A stretch of DNA of 64,000 bases from Ophelia neglecta (GCA_965285935.1 OZ260665.1:62620001-62684000), one strand, 5' to 3'; shown: positions 25,341 to 41,047, numbered from the stretch's first letter. Numbers and translations are program-made. The notes: generated by a model from the sequence alone, not told the origin.

Positions 25341-26669
25341 GTAATGTGAAGCATGCTAATGATGATAAACTGTCCTTACAAACAAGTTGCGTTGTTAATG
25401 TCAAGAATGACACCAAGAATGTGGAGGTTGTACGTTTGCGCTCATCGATGTTAAGGATGGAGGTAATTAGCCTAGCTGTATGGTTTTGTCGTTAGATCGA
25501 GGTCGAAGACAAATGATAACTTTATTGTTTGCATTGTTTGGTACAGAGCATGCTCTAGCGGAAAATCGTTTAGAAGTGCCATCTACCCCACCCCTCAACC
25601 CACCCCCGCCTCCTTCCATCCCCGAAATACGCGAAAGAGCTTCAGGCTAGACGAGTTATGGAACGAGCAGTCCCACTTAATGCACATCTAGAAGCAGACT
25701 GGTAATTAGAAATAGAGTAACAATGGCCACGGATGTCCCTTTATCTAAAATTGAGTTTCATTTACCGATACCTTGAAATGGCATCATAAATGTTCACTCC
25801 TTCTTGAAGACTTAACTCGATCATAAAATAGCAAAAGGGAATCGACTGCCTTCTGCTGCCGTGAGCAGCTTTCAGTGAATTATTCGTGACGACATGTACT
25901 ACATGGTGTCCAGTCGTGTGCTTCCGCAGAGATTGGCCCATGACACAAGAATCGGCGAACATGTTTGCTGCCCTGGTGGTTCACAAAGTCCGTTAAGAGA
26001 TCAGTGTCCATTTAGGGTGATAACAAATATTGTGCTAGCTCTTAGCACTATTTGTTTCCAGCATCATGGCCAGTTTTGCGGACGGTTTTGGCGGTCAGGC
26101 GGACATATCGCACAAGGACAAGTCGTGAGGTGCCATACTCTTAGTGGTCAATATAAAGGCGGGGGATGGAAAGTGTTGCAGATTAATTGGTTTTCTAAGC
26201 CATCTTAGCTACTGAGTATTGTGGAGAGACTTTTGGTTCTTACAATAAGGGCATTTGTAACCGAACTGGCATTACCGAGCAATGATTTATTACCATTTTG
26301 GTTTGTTATTTGGTACGTCTAGTATAGCTATTCGTAATAATGTTATTCTCCTTAGCTTGAACTATGACCCTGGTGATTGCATCATATAAAAGACAGTACC
26401 ATTGTGTTTGGTTCCTCTCCTAAGTTTTTTTCAACTTGCACATGCAATGCCATTATCAAGCTGTCAATGGCTTTTTTTTCAGCTAGTGAATTTTGCACTT
26501 CACCTGCTAACAGACCACCAAATCTCGGGTAATTGCCTTTCTTTTTCAACTAGCACTTTTGCTAAAAGGTGACATTTTAATCAACAACTCAGTGCACTGT
26601 CTAGTCTTGATCTTTTCTTCGCATGCTCCCTGCATGTGTTACCTTAACAGGTAATTATTCGGTGATGGT

Positions 26670-27060
26670 TTTTTAATGTGCGGCGTAGTGTTAATTTTCT
26701 TTCGGTGCATACGTGTCAGGAGATATTCTCAACTTTCTCGCCGGACAACACTGCTTATAAGATGGTGAAAGAATTTTTGTTTCAATAAGCATAAAAAAAA
26801 GCTCAGCACTGAAATAGGAACAATGTTCCTGTTTCAAAAATGGGTAGGTCATTTATTCCTGCACTCACATGCTCTTGCTTGGTAGATTTTTGGATTGTGC
26901 TTAGGCTTCAAACTGTCATAGCAATGATTATCATCAACTCCCACGAACGCTAACAATATTGATGAGGATCATATTGCTTGATTTGGATAATCTATACATA
27001 TTTATCTAAATAGCCATGGTTAAAAGAAGCAGGAATTCAGGCAAACATGACCAAGGAGTT
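26670..27060 (+). mobile_element. Possible Crypton-like tyrosine recombinase relic
   Basis: Fragments CIR-x-QE, CLVDF and MVK-EAGIQANMT (from 27016) in the order expected for LRGxxE...CPV...MxKxAGxxxxxTNHS. Heavily decayed; the catalytic HxxR is not visible. Confidence 0.3.
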
Positions 27061-27921
27061 GAATATGGTTGGCAGTGCGTTCTTGCATGGACACAGTTCG
27101 TTCCGGATTTTCCGCAATGGGACAGATTCAGTGCAAAACTACAGTAATTGCACGAAATCTAATCTTAAGTAGTTTCCTCTATGATTATATGATAATATTA
27201 GTCAGTAATATGTCTAGTAATAACTCGGCCAGACGAAAAGTAATAAACTAGTCTATCTTTGTCTGTTGTTTTGTACATTACAATATAAATGCTCAAAACA
27301 TGTCAAATAGTTATATAAGTTTTTTAACTGCTAAAAACAAGTATAATGATCTTGGTAACCCACCGGAAACGTTGATTTTTGTTAATTCATACTAAATGTT
27401 TTTTGGGAGAGTACACTATTATATTGAGTCGAAGGAACACAACGATTTCCGGGACTTTCGGCGCCAATATTTCCGGGTCACATTCATAGTTGTAATCAAG
27501 AAGTGCAAGGTAATTTTCGGTTATAGAATGCAATATGTAAAATGTGGTTATGTGAAGCATTTAGATAAAACGGTCCCCAAGGAAAAGGCCGCAGAATACT
27601 ATTGCATTGTGCTGCAATCAAGACTGTTGGTCAACAAACTCAGTTTCCTCCAGTATAAATTCGTCTAGCGAGCTCAACAGAGCATCAACCACTACTGTCG
27701 AAACGCACTTTGGACTGTCTAGCATATTAACAGCGAAGTGGTTAATATCGTCACATACTGTGATGGAAGGGGACCATGGGAATTGTTTACCCGTGTTTTC
27801 GGCTTGCCGGCTAAGGAGGCAAAAGAACGGAGTGGATAGGTGAGGGATGGAGTGGCGTTGGTGGGAGAGTTATGATAAATGTGTACGCCATTATGTATGC
27901 AGATGCGGGATGTGGTGAATA

Positions 27922-27936
27922 GGGGGGGGGGGGGGG
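27922..27936. repeat. G15 homopolymer
   Basis: Direct reading. Confidence 0.95.
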
Positions 27937-30900
27937 TTAGTCGCTACGTCTACAGGTTTCAATAGTTCTCAAATGATCCCAATTCTTTGATTTTTACTCA
28001 TTGACAAGTGGTCCTTTTTAAATCCTGTAATTGTTATGAAATGGAACCGGAAACGCTGTAGCGTCTTCAAATACGACACTGTAGGTAAACAATCTAACTT
28101 CATCAGACCCAGGGTTGACGTGTGCCCCTAACACTGGGCAGTCAGTCTTGATGATTGTTTCATTATTAGCTTGGCTTGATTTGTTTCATTTGGCACTCTG
28201 TCTAAACACGCGATGAAATGTACCAGGTACGCAATTTTTCTTTTGCTATGAGCTTCTTTTTACAACATAATAGAACCTCTCTGATGGAATGCAGGAAATT
28301 AAATAAAAGGGAAAATCCTTGTTGTCTTTGAAAACAATCTGTTTCCCAGAGTACTGCAAAGCGTTTTGTAATGTGAAAAACGTATAACGGGACAAGGTAT
28401 TAAGAGAATTAATAGAAAGTCTTGGGTAAGGACTATAATGATAACTTTGAATTTGACATTGAATTATTTTTCAAAACAGTCTTTTCGCTCTAAACACCTA
28501 TAAACACCTATAGAAAGTCCTATACGTGAGGATTCTACAGGTGACCTTCAATTTAATATTTTTCCAAAGTCAAATTGATTAAACCTATTTTCTACGCATG
28601 ATATTAAAACAATATCGACGTGCCCGAATAATTGCCAATTATTTGTTTGAAACATTACTGTCCCCTATCCTACGTTTTTTTGGCCCACATTTCCTTCTCG
28701 TCGTTGCCCGGAAGAGCAGAAACAATGAAATATTAATAACAGCATTAAGCAAGGTCCTTTCATTAGTCGTTAAAACCAGCTACAGCTTGCTACTCATCCT
28801 ACACCCTGAGACTGAGTCGGGGACGGAGCAGGCAATTGACCTACTTTCGTTTTGACAGATTGAGACCCAAACGAAACACGCACATTTGACAACGCTGCTT
28901 TCCTTCAAGGAAATCGAATCAATATGATTAAACGTGTTGGCATAAAAGTTTAGGTATAAAAATGAGAAGAAAGGTTATCCAACACATAAGGATCATGAAA
29001 CTTGAATACGCCTATATTGTAATCCTTCTGCCGCTAAGGTCTGCATCTAACGGCCACTGCTTATAGTACTGGCCTCGTCTGAGTCAGAGCCTTGTGGACA
29101 CAAAGATTTACCATTTATCCGTTAAAGATCCGACAGAAGCCGAAGAGGAGGTTAAGGTCACATTGTGCACCATATTGTAAGGTCGCTCGCGGGAAATGAG
29201 ACAAATCATTTTCTTAGGTCTAGCCTCATAGGAAAAAAAGACCGCGGACGCCGTGTTCTTTTGTGACACAAATAAGACTTACCACATGGTGGTCCTTCCA
29301 GTGTGTGAATGTCCTAGTTTCCGAGATGTCAGCGTCCTGTTCTGGAATGATATTTTTGACAACTTCGATACAGCTGTGGCTGTCGATTCATTTCACCTTC
29401 AAGAAAACAATTTTGTAAAATGCTTATAAGGCACTAGACAAATCCAATTCAAATTTTTAAAAGTAATTTAAAGTAGTAACCATCCATTAACTATTATGCT
29501 GCAGTAAAATACTGGTCAAGGTTAGGACAATGTCTAGAGGCATCTTAGCCAATTTATTTGATTAAACTGACTGGTTCAGCTACTTAAAATTGATATATGT
29601 ATTTCATTATAACTTAACCATACTATTTTTTATATAGTTAATTTTTTTTATTAGATGCGTTTAATACATGTATTCATCAAGAGGGAAACAAAGAGAAGGA
29701 ATGAACATTTATTGTAATTTCCAGGACTAGTTCTAGCAATATCATTGTTATAGGTTTTATTGTATAGTCCAGCTTCAGATGTCATGTGGTTCTGTGTGAA
29801 CTTAGCTTGATGGTTTGTATAATAAAAAAAAACAAATATAAATATAATAGCCCAAGAAAATTAGTTGTTCGCCCTGCAGGATTGTCGGGAAGTGATCCCC
29901 TGTTGATGAACAACTCAAGGTGGAAGTCATTGACTTTCCAGTCTGTGGTATTTTGCAAGCTGTTGTAGGTTCCTCCTTCAATAGATTTAATTACTCGATT
30001 TGATTAGAAGGGACACCAAAAAAGGCCGCGGTGTTATAAGGATCCCCTAAAAAGAATTGGATAGCAGTCTAGGAATGGCCTTCTGAACGTAGTTAATAGA
30101 TGTTCATCGGAAATACTTGTCAGCTGTCTTACACATGGCCCATGTATCTCATTATGTACAATGTGGATTTTAAGACAAATACTCAACCGACTGCTTCGAG
30201 TATCTCAATCTGTTTTACAAAATATAAGGAGAATTGAAAACAAGTGACATAAAATGAAACGTGCTATATTTGTTTAGATTTAAATGCTTTAATTGCCCAT
30301 GCATATTTAAAATTTCGATAATAAATTATAAAATAATACTGGGGATGTTGTTGCTTGAAAAGAAAATAATTGCCTTCCTGAGAAGAATGAAATTTATATC
30401 AGCTAATCAAGCGCGTCTCTAAACAGGTCTTTCTTCTAAATGGGATTTCTTCTATCAATGCAGTATGTAGTCATTTAATAATTCAGGAGGTGAAATCCTT
30501 TCTATTTCCGCCAAACATAAAGCGATATGACCCCTCTAAGGTAACTGTACATTGGTAAGCCGCCACCCAGGTGTTCCCTGGCATTGATGCTTCCGTGCGG
30601 AAAATGCGGACTTTGGCTACCTCAATGAGCCACGTACAGATGGAAGTGCTTGGCCTCAGTGGAAAGCCTCTATGGATTAGGGCTAGAAGAGCACCTCAAT
30701 TGTGGATTTGTACTAGCTAGCTTCCCGGCATTATAACGTACAGCTGCGGATACTTCCCCGTCTATTGAAGTGCAGCAGTGTGGGGCTCACAATCATGCTT
30801 CATGCGTTGCTAGTAGGCCTATATAGGTGGCGTTATTGAATGTTTGCAGTCTCCATATCCAGTACTTTTTAGATACCCTAGTCATATCTACCATGCTGAA

Positions 30901-33900
30901 TATTCATAATATTTATGACCTAAAAACGTACAGTCTCCATGTCCGCCATGTTATTACAAAGCGAAAAATGGTCATACGATATACTAAAAAGAGAAAGTTG
31001 GTTAACAACGCGCTGTATAAAATAGTCAATGTGAAAAGGTTAAACTCTGGTGTTCTGTCAGGGCCGAGGGCATATGTCCCTACAGGAAAATGCCATAACA
31101 GAAAGAAGCGTGGTACTCGTTATGTTCAATAATTCATTTTGACCTCATTATAAGTGGTGAAAAGCTATTTAGCCAAACACGTTCCATCGAGTTTGTACTG
31201 ACTAATGATTTGACTGATATTAATCCGCCGTCGCACCCTTCTTAGGTCTTGCATGATGGTCAATCGCCCATTATTTATGAAATATTAGAGTTATTGTTGG
31301 TATAGGAGATTAAGAGCAACTTCTAATTATCCCTCGATCATTGTCGGGTGTGCCGGTGTCTTATAATAAAAGCGAAAGTTTAGGACAATTTCTGGCTAAC
31401 ATTCAAGCATTTGACAAACATTTCATATTGATCGGATTTAAAAATGAGTGTTACTTATTAGTCAAAATATTGAAGCATGTGCTCTTGTACTTAATTTTAA
31501 GAACACATACAAATCAAATTTTCGACATGGTTTAAAAGGGCAGGGGCACGAACTTAATCGACCTGCGCGAAATAATATTTGAAATAGAAAGCCTAGCTTA
31601 GTCACTTTTTGGTTGATAGTTTGCATAAATAGGACGTTTTTTGGTTCATGCGACGGTATTTGTTCTCTTCGCAAGTGAAGGAACGTTATCCTTGAACGTT
31701 CGTGTAGAGAATGAGCGAATAAACACGGATTCGGCCATTTTCAGTTATAACACTGCTGAAGGTTAAATAAATGCTCAAGAAATTATATCTACATTCACGA
31801 CATCAAACTTGCATTAAGCACGGCTAGTATTTGATATCGTAAGAGTTTCGCGCCATAGCGGGTCAAGGTCACGACGTACAGTGCATGTGATCCGCCGGAA
31901 ATTCGGAGCAGACTTAAGCGCAAAAACCAACCATTTTGAGATCCATTTATTTCATGGCGTGGCAAATTACCAAAAAACACCAGTTTGGGGTGACTTGCGT
32001 GTGCTCACACTGGTGTTCCCTACATATTTATAATGAATAATGATATACTGCGGCTGCCTAGCGAGGTGGTGACAGGATATGACGTACCCACGAGAACCTC
32101 CTGAGAGGTTAGTCAAGTAGGTCTTCACGAGACTGCTCCTAATAGACCATCAATCATCTGTTGTGTTTATAATCGTCGATTCTGCATCCTTAAAGTCAAG
32201 TCGTGTCACTGCCCCCGTCATAACACAGAATAAATGATCCATGCAGTCGACCCTAGTGTTTATTTTTATGGAGAGATAAAGTCTGTCGATGCTCATAACA
32301 AAATAGTTAAAAGTTATTTGGCTTTAACGTGGTTCCGCTCTTTCCAATAAAAATGACGGCGAGAAATTATGTTTGAACGACTATTGAATTGCTATGAAAT
32401 GATTGCAAGTACGGCTAAAATTGCTTCGCATAACGTCATCGTCGGGATAATACCTCATATGGGCATTTTTATTATTTTGGGGCGCACATCTGGGCAGGTT
32501 ATATAGTCGTCGGAATGAAATTTGCATCTGTTTTATCATCTAAGAGGGTTGTTACTTGTCAAATGAGATCACTGAAAATCGCATATGAGACATTATAGGC
32601 CTACTTGTCCGGTGGCGTTCATAAGACTTAGTTTGGTTTTGGTACGTATACCTTAAAAAACCTCAAGAAGAGGTACGTCTATAAGATAATGAACACTATT
32701 ATAGGCAAATGAGACTGAATAAGGCATACGCATAACAAAGCTTACGTAGTCACTAGATGGCACTCCTAGATGATCCACTCTGTATCTTTTCTATACCTGG
32801 TACAAAAAGTAAACGATAATGCAAATAAGTATTCAAGCCTATGTGAATGTCCCCGACAGCAATGATAAAATTGTACAGTTGGTTTTTGATAATTCGTTTG
32901 ACATCCCATCAGTGCATTTGGATGTTTTAGGTATGTTTCTCACGACAACTATCAAGTGCCATTCATTGCATCCCATTTCCGGTCTGCACGTTCAGCGATG
33001 CCTGGTCGGGGTTGGTGTCCTGACATCATATCCGCGATTGCCTAAAGCTCCTCATCCTACAAAGATCAGCACGGTACCCATATATCAATATGCTGGTAGG
33101 AGCTGACGGGCAAACCGAGGAAATAGTCCCTCAGGACCCAATTATGCATGAGAAGCAACCCGAAAGATAGCAGACGGACATGGCCAATTTTGCTCTGTCA
33201 TAGATGATGCATGTGATATTAGTAGGATGAGCAGCCATGGCGAAAGGCGACGGCAACAGGTTTATCCTATGTGGGTTTGTTAAGCGCGGCTTGACTCCTC
33301 TTCTCATACATACACTAATCTGGTCACCAGTAGATGATCGGGTAGCAGACGTCACTTAATTTGGTGACAACCGAAAATCACCATGTCAGATATGTTGAGC
33401 CTAATTCTTTACCTGACATGTCTTATTTTAAAAGGTTATAGCAGGCGGAGTGAATAGGCACATGTCTTTCACTGTTTTTTTTATTCATGTTGGAGTCAGG
33501 GTTATTCTGTGTATAACGATCAAGCACCAAGCATGATTAACTGTTTAGATTTTCTCGGGAGAGAACCTGTATGAGATGGTCCAGAAGAAAACCACAAATT
33601 TCTTTGTTACTTTATGAGGATTCTTTCTTTAAACTTAACGGTCAGTTTTATATCCTGATTAGGAATCAATGTTTATACAGTGGGCGGATTAGAATGCTGA
33701 CGCTTCTTAATGCGTTTTACCCGCAAAGCTAACGCGTTGAGCAGAGTATCATGGTGTGCTTCACGCGTTTCTTTAACGCGTCAAAATTGAAGTGAACGCG
33801 TTATGGCAATTAAAGCCTTAGACCAACTCTTTGACCTTATTGTTGCACTACGTTTCGTAGATAAAGGTTTGAGCACGTAGAATCACAATGTACTCTATAC

Positions 33901-36900
33901 GTTGATAGCTACATTTGAACAGCTCCATAAATTGTTTGCATGTGATTTAAAATTTCACATTCATCGAAAGCATTGGAAATGCATTTAGAGAGGTAGTCAT
34001 TAACCGCCATGTAAAAACCGCGTACCAGTCAAACATTCCTTCCTACAACTTTTGTGTAAAACATCGAATTGTGATTTGAGGCACCAATCTCCAGGGGAAT
34101 GGTTGCTCTCGAATGATGCATGGTACTGCCCGTGTAAACACAAACTGGCTGAAATGATTATATTTGCCAATGCAGGATCGTTAGCGAAGGCGGCATAATA
34201 TCTAAAACAAGCCTCAAGTGTAATTTCAGCTCCACGATAACTGCCGGGCATTCGCTAAAACTTGTCTGTCCTCCTTTACCTGCCATATCACCATAGATCA
34301 GTCTCATAGTCGAATTTGTACTGGGACGAAGTCAATTATAAAAAGTTAAAAAAAACCTCATCGGGGATCAAGAAGAATCATTAGCAGGCGCTTGGAGCAT
34401 GCTTTAGGTATATTCAAGAAGGATAAAGCTAAAGGTTAGACTGTTTACACATTTAACTTAACAGTGAATGTCTGAACTTTCGATCTAGTAGCGTTAAATA
34501 TTCTTAGGTCCTACATACCAAAATGAATCATATTTGAAAAGTACACTAGGGAGAACACAATACTAATAGAATATTTGAATATTGTACTGCCCAACAACTG
34601 TCAGCACCATATTCATTACCTATAACCCACTGCTGTTATTGCTAACGGTCAATACCCAGCCCAGACCGTGCTTAAAAGGCATATGCCACTTAAATTTATG
34701 TCCCAATAAGGAAAGAGTTATAATGGCTTGTGAACTTTTACATAATAGGCATGGCGCTGCCAAAAAGGACCTCTCATATGAGATCATAAACCTAACAGTG
34801 TGTACAGGAGAGCCATGTTTGGGTTGGATTTGTATTTGCTGTTAATTGTTTTACTAGTTTTATGAATGATACCTTTTATTGTATAATGCAACTAACTTTT
34901 GGACGAATAAATGTTATAATGGTACACTTAACCCATCGGCAAGAAAATACGTTTGGTATTCTATCAGAAAATAAAGCTTTCCTAGTCATTAAACGTTTAG
35001 ATGCCATTTTATACCCTCAATCATAAATGTTGGTTCAGAAATTCGTTATCAATAACATTTTTAGAACATATTTCTTTTCCAACGAACTTAAACTGTCTAT
35101 AGTTCTTGGCTTAAAATCGATCATCGTATCTTGCTTCAGATAGTTAACTGTGCAATCATTCAAAATCAGTTATAGTCATCCATTTACCTTATAATACCTT
35201 CTCATCAGAAATCCATTAATTGCCAATACTATCGTTTATTGGTATATTGTGCTTTACATGGGGAACAAGACACCTCATTAATAGGCGGAATTGTTTCCGA
35301 TTTTCTACAGTAGCTTTTCAATTGCGACCAATTTGTTTCTGCGCGGCGTCTAATGGTTTTTTAAGACTTCTGTCACACAAATGCCAGGTAAAAATAAAGC
35401 ATTCTGCAGGCCATCATTTTAATATGTTGATTCACGTCACCGCCATGTTAATTTGATTGGAAATTGGAATAAGATCAAAATTGGAAATTGCCAATTTTCT
35501 TCTTCTCTACATTGGAAAATTATACCAGAATCTGTATTTTAATTATCTTTTTTTTCTCTCCAGTATTTAACGACTTCAGTCTACCATTGTGGCATTTCCT
35601 CTACGAGGTTTTTTTTTCCTTTTTCCACTCGTGTAAAAAATGTAGGTAATTTGTTTTTTTCTTCAGCCGTGTGTTCGATTATTCAAAAAACTTTCGTAAA
35701 CCGACACATTGAATTGATGACCTAATTCCATTTTGTCACTCTAGCAAAATCTTTACATTTGACAAACTTGTCTTCTTTTATAACAATACCTTTTTAACGC
35801 GTTGTCAGTTGAGCAGTCCAGTTTAGCTGCGACTGTTTTAATTCTTTTACATTTATCAGAACTTGCAGGTCTCAAAACACTTATCAAAATCAAATATAAT
35901 ATTATTGACGAATGAATATTACTATACACTTGAATAAGAGGTATGTGGCTATTGGGGCGGTCATCTATGTGATATATGCTATAAGCACGATATCACTGTA
36001 CAGATACTTGGGGGACATTTTGGGGTTGCTTAATTATTGTCGTGTTTTGAGAGTGTATAAAGGTTCAAAAACGTATAGCGCAATGCATGTTTCAACGCAT
36101 CAACGTACTCGTTTAGTCCCACACTCATGGCTATCATAGACTGAAAGCTGGTATACTGTGCTGCCATCAGCCTGATTCGGGGGTGAACTGTGCTGTATGC
36201 ATTGCACACCTTTTTACGATGTCTCGGTATTCATAACAATTGGAACTACCCTACAATTTTACTTTCCAAACAATGCTACAAAAATGTCGCTCAAGTTAAG
36301 TCATAATATAGAGCACTTGCTCGGCCAATGTGTTGAATATATCTGAGTATATTTATACAAACTTCTCAACGGTAATTATGTGCCAGGTCTTGAGCCTACC
36401 ACCTAAAACTACAGGAAGGGCTATGGTAAGTCTTTATGCTGTTGAATAAGCTTCGAATCCTAGATAGGAAACTGTTTGGCCGCAGAACTGGACTTTTTTG
36501 GGTATTAACGTCTCTTGCTGAGAATTCTCTGACAAGTCTACGATTTTCCAACTCTGCTGGGGAAGCAATTCCTTCTATTCGTCTAAGCTTGAGGAATTCC
36601 GCCTATACCTAACAAAAAATCTCCTCCGACACTGATTCTTTAAGCACTTCTTGTTTACGGTTGTTAACTTCGATTTGATAGGCGGAGATGTGATAGAGTG
36701 TCAATGTCACAAAGGGAAGCTACAGGGCCCTTTTAAATCACAGCACAATAGCAACATCAAGATTTGTACATGGCCAAATTTCGAAGCACAGGTGGATCAA
36801 CCCTGAGCGTAGTAAGTCACGTGTCTCGTCTCACGAGATTAATGCCAATATGTATGGGATGATAGCTTCTCTACAAGAAGATTTTACCTCTCATGTCTCA

Positions 36901-39369
36901 ATTTTTGTCAGCTGCGAAGGAAATGTCAATCACCGCAGGACACACCTGAGCCATGTGAATGTGTGTATGCTTGGTAATTTTGTAGGACATGAGCACTTTT
37001 GGCAGGAAAATGGGTGCACGCTTGTCTCATTTGAAGAGCGAAGGGTAGCTGTGCCCATCCAATTTCAGCTGCTGTACCGGCGATTGATGGAGGAGCTGTA
37101 AATGGAGTGTCGTAAGCTTGGACACCCCTCTCTGGGGATAACTATCAATATGACATAAACAAAGAAAAACGGAAGAATACCCGGCCCACAAAGCAAAGGC
37201 GTTAAAACTAGAGACCACATTGATTCGGTCAGAAGTCACCTGGAACCATGAGCTGTATTCCTATAAATATCAATCCACAGTTCCCTAAGGACTAAGCTTA
37301 TACCAAAATAAGAAATAGACAAATTAAAGTTAATATCATTTGCAGTGAGAAGTAGTCAACAGTTTTCTATAATGCTAGTCCGAGCAAAAAAATAATTGGG
37401 CCATACAAGGGTATTAAGGTATGAAAAAAGAAGCTTGAGTTAGAGCAAGAGTTCCTTCCTTCGTCATAAATTCGTGAAGTGTGAACGTCATAATGCACCG
37501 ACATTTTGAGTAAATAGATTCGTTGTGGCGTAGAAATATGTTCTGACGACACATATTACTCCGTCAATGCCTTCCATATTCTATGCAGAAGTCAAAGTAG
37601 ACAGAGATTTAATATTCCCTATGGTGAGGAAAACATTCCTTCCGAGGAATGAGACTGAGAGTTAGCAGTTCACGAGTTTCGGTGTCCTTCCATAAAACAA
37701 TACAAAATTTCAATTCCGTTTCCGGGAAAACGTCTGCTTTCTCGCCCAGGTGGAAAGAAGATATCTGGTAATGGATCATGTTTTTAAGAAGGTAGTGGCG
37801 GAGGGTTGACTCAAGATTCATTCCTTGGACAGGCAGTCGGAGAGAAATTTGCCTGCATCCTGGGAGGAGTTCCTGTACCTTTTTGATACAGCAAGAAAGA
37901 TCAGTCCAGTTCAGCTTTGCCATGATTGTCATGCCTGCCCATCACGAAATCACATATTTGGGAGATTATGACAGCATATTATGGAAGGACACGTGCAAGA
38001 GCCTCGTATGAACCGACAAAGAAGCTTAATGTTGACACTGTTGTAAGAAGTGCCCATGGGTGTGGACAAAATACAGATCGCAGGCTTATCTTAAGTTTTC
38101 TGTTTACAACCGGCTAGGAGAAGATGGACAATAGTCGCACTCCTGTGGGCGTAACGATGAAAAGTGAAGCACTGTTTAGATGCCTGACTACAAATTTATG
38201 TAATCGCCACAGTGACCCTATATAGTGTTCAAATATCCATTATATATCCCCTGCTGGCCATCATAATTAAGTTTTAAATAAATTGACCGGAAACGATTCC
38301 CGGCAGACAGTACAAAAGCATTAATCATGAATGCTCCGTTGGTCTGTCCGAATTTGTCAGGAATCGTCGGCTCCATACCCATAAAAATCAATTCCAGAGT
38401 TCCTTACTGAAAATAAGCGGTAACGAAATAAACGATAAGAAATTTTAAAAAGTTTGCTCAGCATCAATACTCGCATGGTGGTAACCTGTTGCCTCCCATA
38501 AATCTTTCGTTAGCTATCGTTAAAAGATAATTTGAAGCCAGGGAGGTACAGATTGATGTTTATGGGACTGCATGACGGTTCCTGGTGCTTTCCGGCCGAT
38601 CTAATGGACTTTTCTCGATTAAATATTGCGTTTTGTCATGCTGGTAACCTTTTTTTTATTTTTCCCTGCGTTTTTCCAAAGGTAAGTGGGCGTATATATG
38701 TGATTTTACTAAAGCTATGATGTCCAACTCAAGCGCCCGGGATCTGTGGCTGTATCACTCTTATTACCTTATGTATAAACAGTAACTGTGCCAATGCCTT
38801 TTTCTAACCGAAATTGTCCGTGAAAACATTACAAATCGTTCGCTTAAAATGCTATGATCTTGCAATGTGATAACACCTTATGGTGTATCAAGGACCAGAA
38901 TTGCCTTCCAACCTAAAATGTGTCCCAACAAACACTGAACTTGAAATTTAAAAACGGAAAGCATGTTGATTACCAAGGGATCTATATAATTCGTAGCATG
39001 CTGTCGTGATTGGATAACTAATGGCCCCTCGATCCCCACAGACTTGCTACATGGATGTCATCGCGAGTAAGTGCTCATCCTGTATTGTAATACGGGACTT
39101 CCAGGAACGGGACAATTATGTTGCCCTTTCTGACACATGTGGCTCCGGCCATAAAGAGAAGCTCGCCCTTCTCGGGTTAAGTTGCGCGGACTGGGTCAGT
39201 AGTCCACGACATCTACTCAATTTTGTGTCCCTACACAGCTAGGTGTAGGTTGTGTAATCTACAAAGCACGTCGTGATTATTACATCAAGTGTCTGTTGTA
39301 CTATCGTCTCCGCTTATAATAGTTTTTCTATACTTTAAGATGGCTATTACTCTCCATTAATAAATGGTC

Positions 39370-39760
39370 AATAGCCCAAATTGAGAACCACAATATCTCT
39401 CTTTAAGAGCTGTTAACTCAGCAAAGTGGGAACGGCGGATGGCAATCTAGACTGACTGAAAGTATCGGTAAGAGTAATACATTGGTGGCATTCCCCTCAT
39501 TTAGAGAGACATTAATGGATTATATTACTGGCAAGGTGCCTAGAGCCTATAGTGCTTGCAACCGGACAGGAAATTGGAGCGATAGTGCGATGTTCTTTGC
39601 GACCGATGGTTATAGGCACATGTTCCTCAGTCAATATAAGTTGTCTTCCGCTGGCAACCATATTTTGGCCCACGCATATCATTATTCACCTCATGAACAA
39701 AGTGTGTATCCCTGTGGCAATAAATTCCACTGTGGTAATGTTCGGTTTTGGTCTTTCGAT
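39370..39760 (+). mobile_element. pogo/Tigger-type DDE_1 transposase relic
   Basis: GTADGNL ... GKVPRAYSACNRTGNWSDSAMF..TDGYRH ... AGNHILAHAYHYSPHEQSVYP parallels AxG...GxPxG...SGW...DGHxSH...NxI...PAHxSHxLQPLDxSVFxP, with internal deletions. Confidence 0.55.
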
Positions 39761-41047
39761 CTTTAATAACAGGCTCACAGTATTACCTTTTATTTAATAT
39801 GTAGTAGGCGTATTCATATTTTTATTACGTGAGAATGAGGGGGTACTGTAATTAGTCTAGTCGGCTCACATGTCCGGTAATAAATTCCGTATTTTCGTAG
39901 ATGTATTTTCATGATTTTGTTTGGCTGTGTGACCATGATCAATATATTATTCAAGATAATGTTTGGGCAACATGGCTTTAATTCAGCACCTTCCCCGTCT
40001 AAAATTTGCCCACCAGCTTCATTTGAAAATTAACAGCCTGGCTTGTTACCTGTAGCTGCCTACAGCCGTCGTGCGATCTGAATAGTCTATGATATATTAG
40101 ACGTCATTTGTTTAATGGCGACCGTGGTAATAATTATTACTCAAAAAGATTACCTTGGTATAATCTTTCATTTATGTTGAAAACAGGTATCGGCAACATG
40201 TTCTGTCAAAGGAAGAAATCCAGATTAGAAAGCAGCGATACAGTTTAGAACATGATATTATATAACCCACGCATATTGTTATTAAATAAAATTAAGCTGT
40301 TTTTCTGAAGCCAATAGTAGGCATGTCACCTAAGTATTATTAATAAATCACGGAGGAGCGTCTGAAAAGAGATTCTCGATGCTTACACGTGGTTTGGTTG
40401 AGAAGGTGAACTTTGTAGTCAGCCCCACACACTCCTGAAGTATGTGGTCAAACACACTGATTTTACATCATAGTCAGTCGGTGCAACTGTTTAAGACAGT
40501 GAACAAATTAAGCAATGAAATAAAGGATAATGTGAGGCATCTTATAATCCGTCAAAATAATGAAGCAAACAAACTTGCCTATTTACAAGAATGGATATTG
40601 TTGTGGCCGTTAACTGACTCCCAACGCCCGCCAACTCAATGCCATAGTTCGAGATCATACATAAACATCCGCCAAAGATGCTCCCCCTCACAAACAACAA
40701 TTCTAATTACCTTTATTGGTTGCAATAATACTGCCTAGTGTTTATATTAGCCAAAAACTAATTGTAAGTCCTAGCAAAATAATTAGGCTTCATCATTGCA
40801 AAAACACAAATGACAATGTTTCTTCTAGCAGGTGCAATGATATGAACACTGGAATTATATGGTTTAGGTTGATGTGTGCGCCAGCCTTTTGAGTTCAAAA
40901 CAGAACTGAGCCGCCAACGTCAGGCAGACTTTTTATGTCTATTGTTAATATTAATAAGAATAATATTATCAACTCTTCATTTATATCCGTCAAACTTCGC
41001 GCAAAGATGCATCCGTTGTCATACATTGCAGGTGTTACTAATATATA

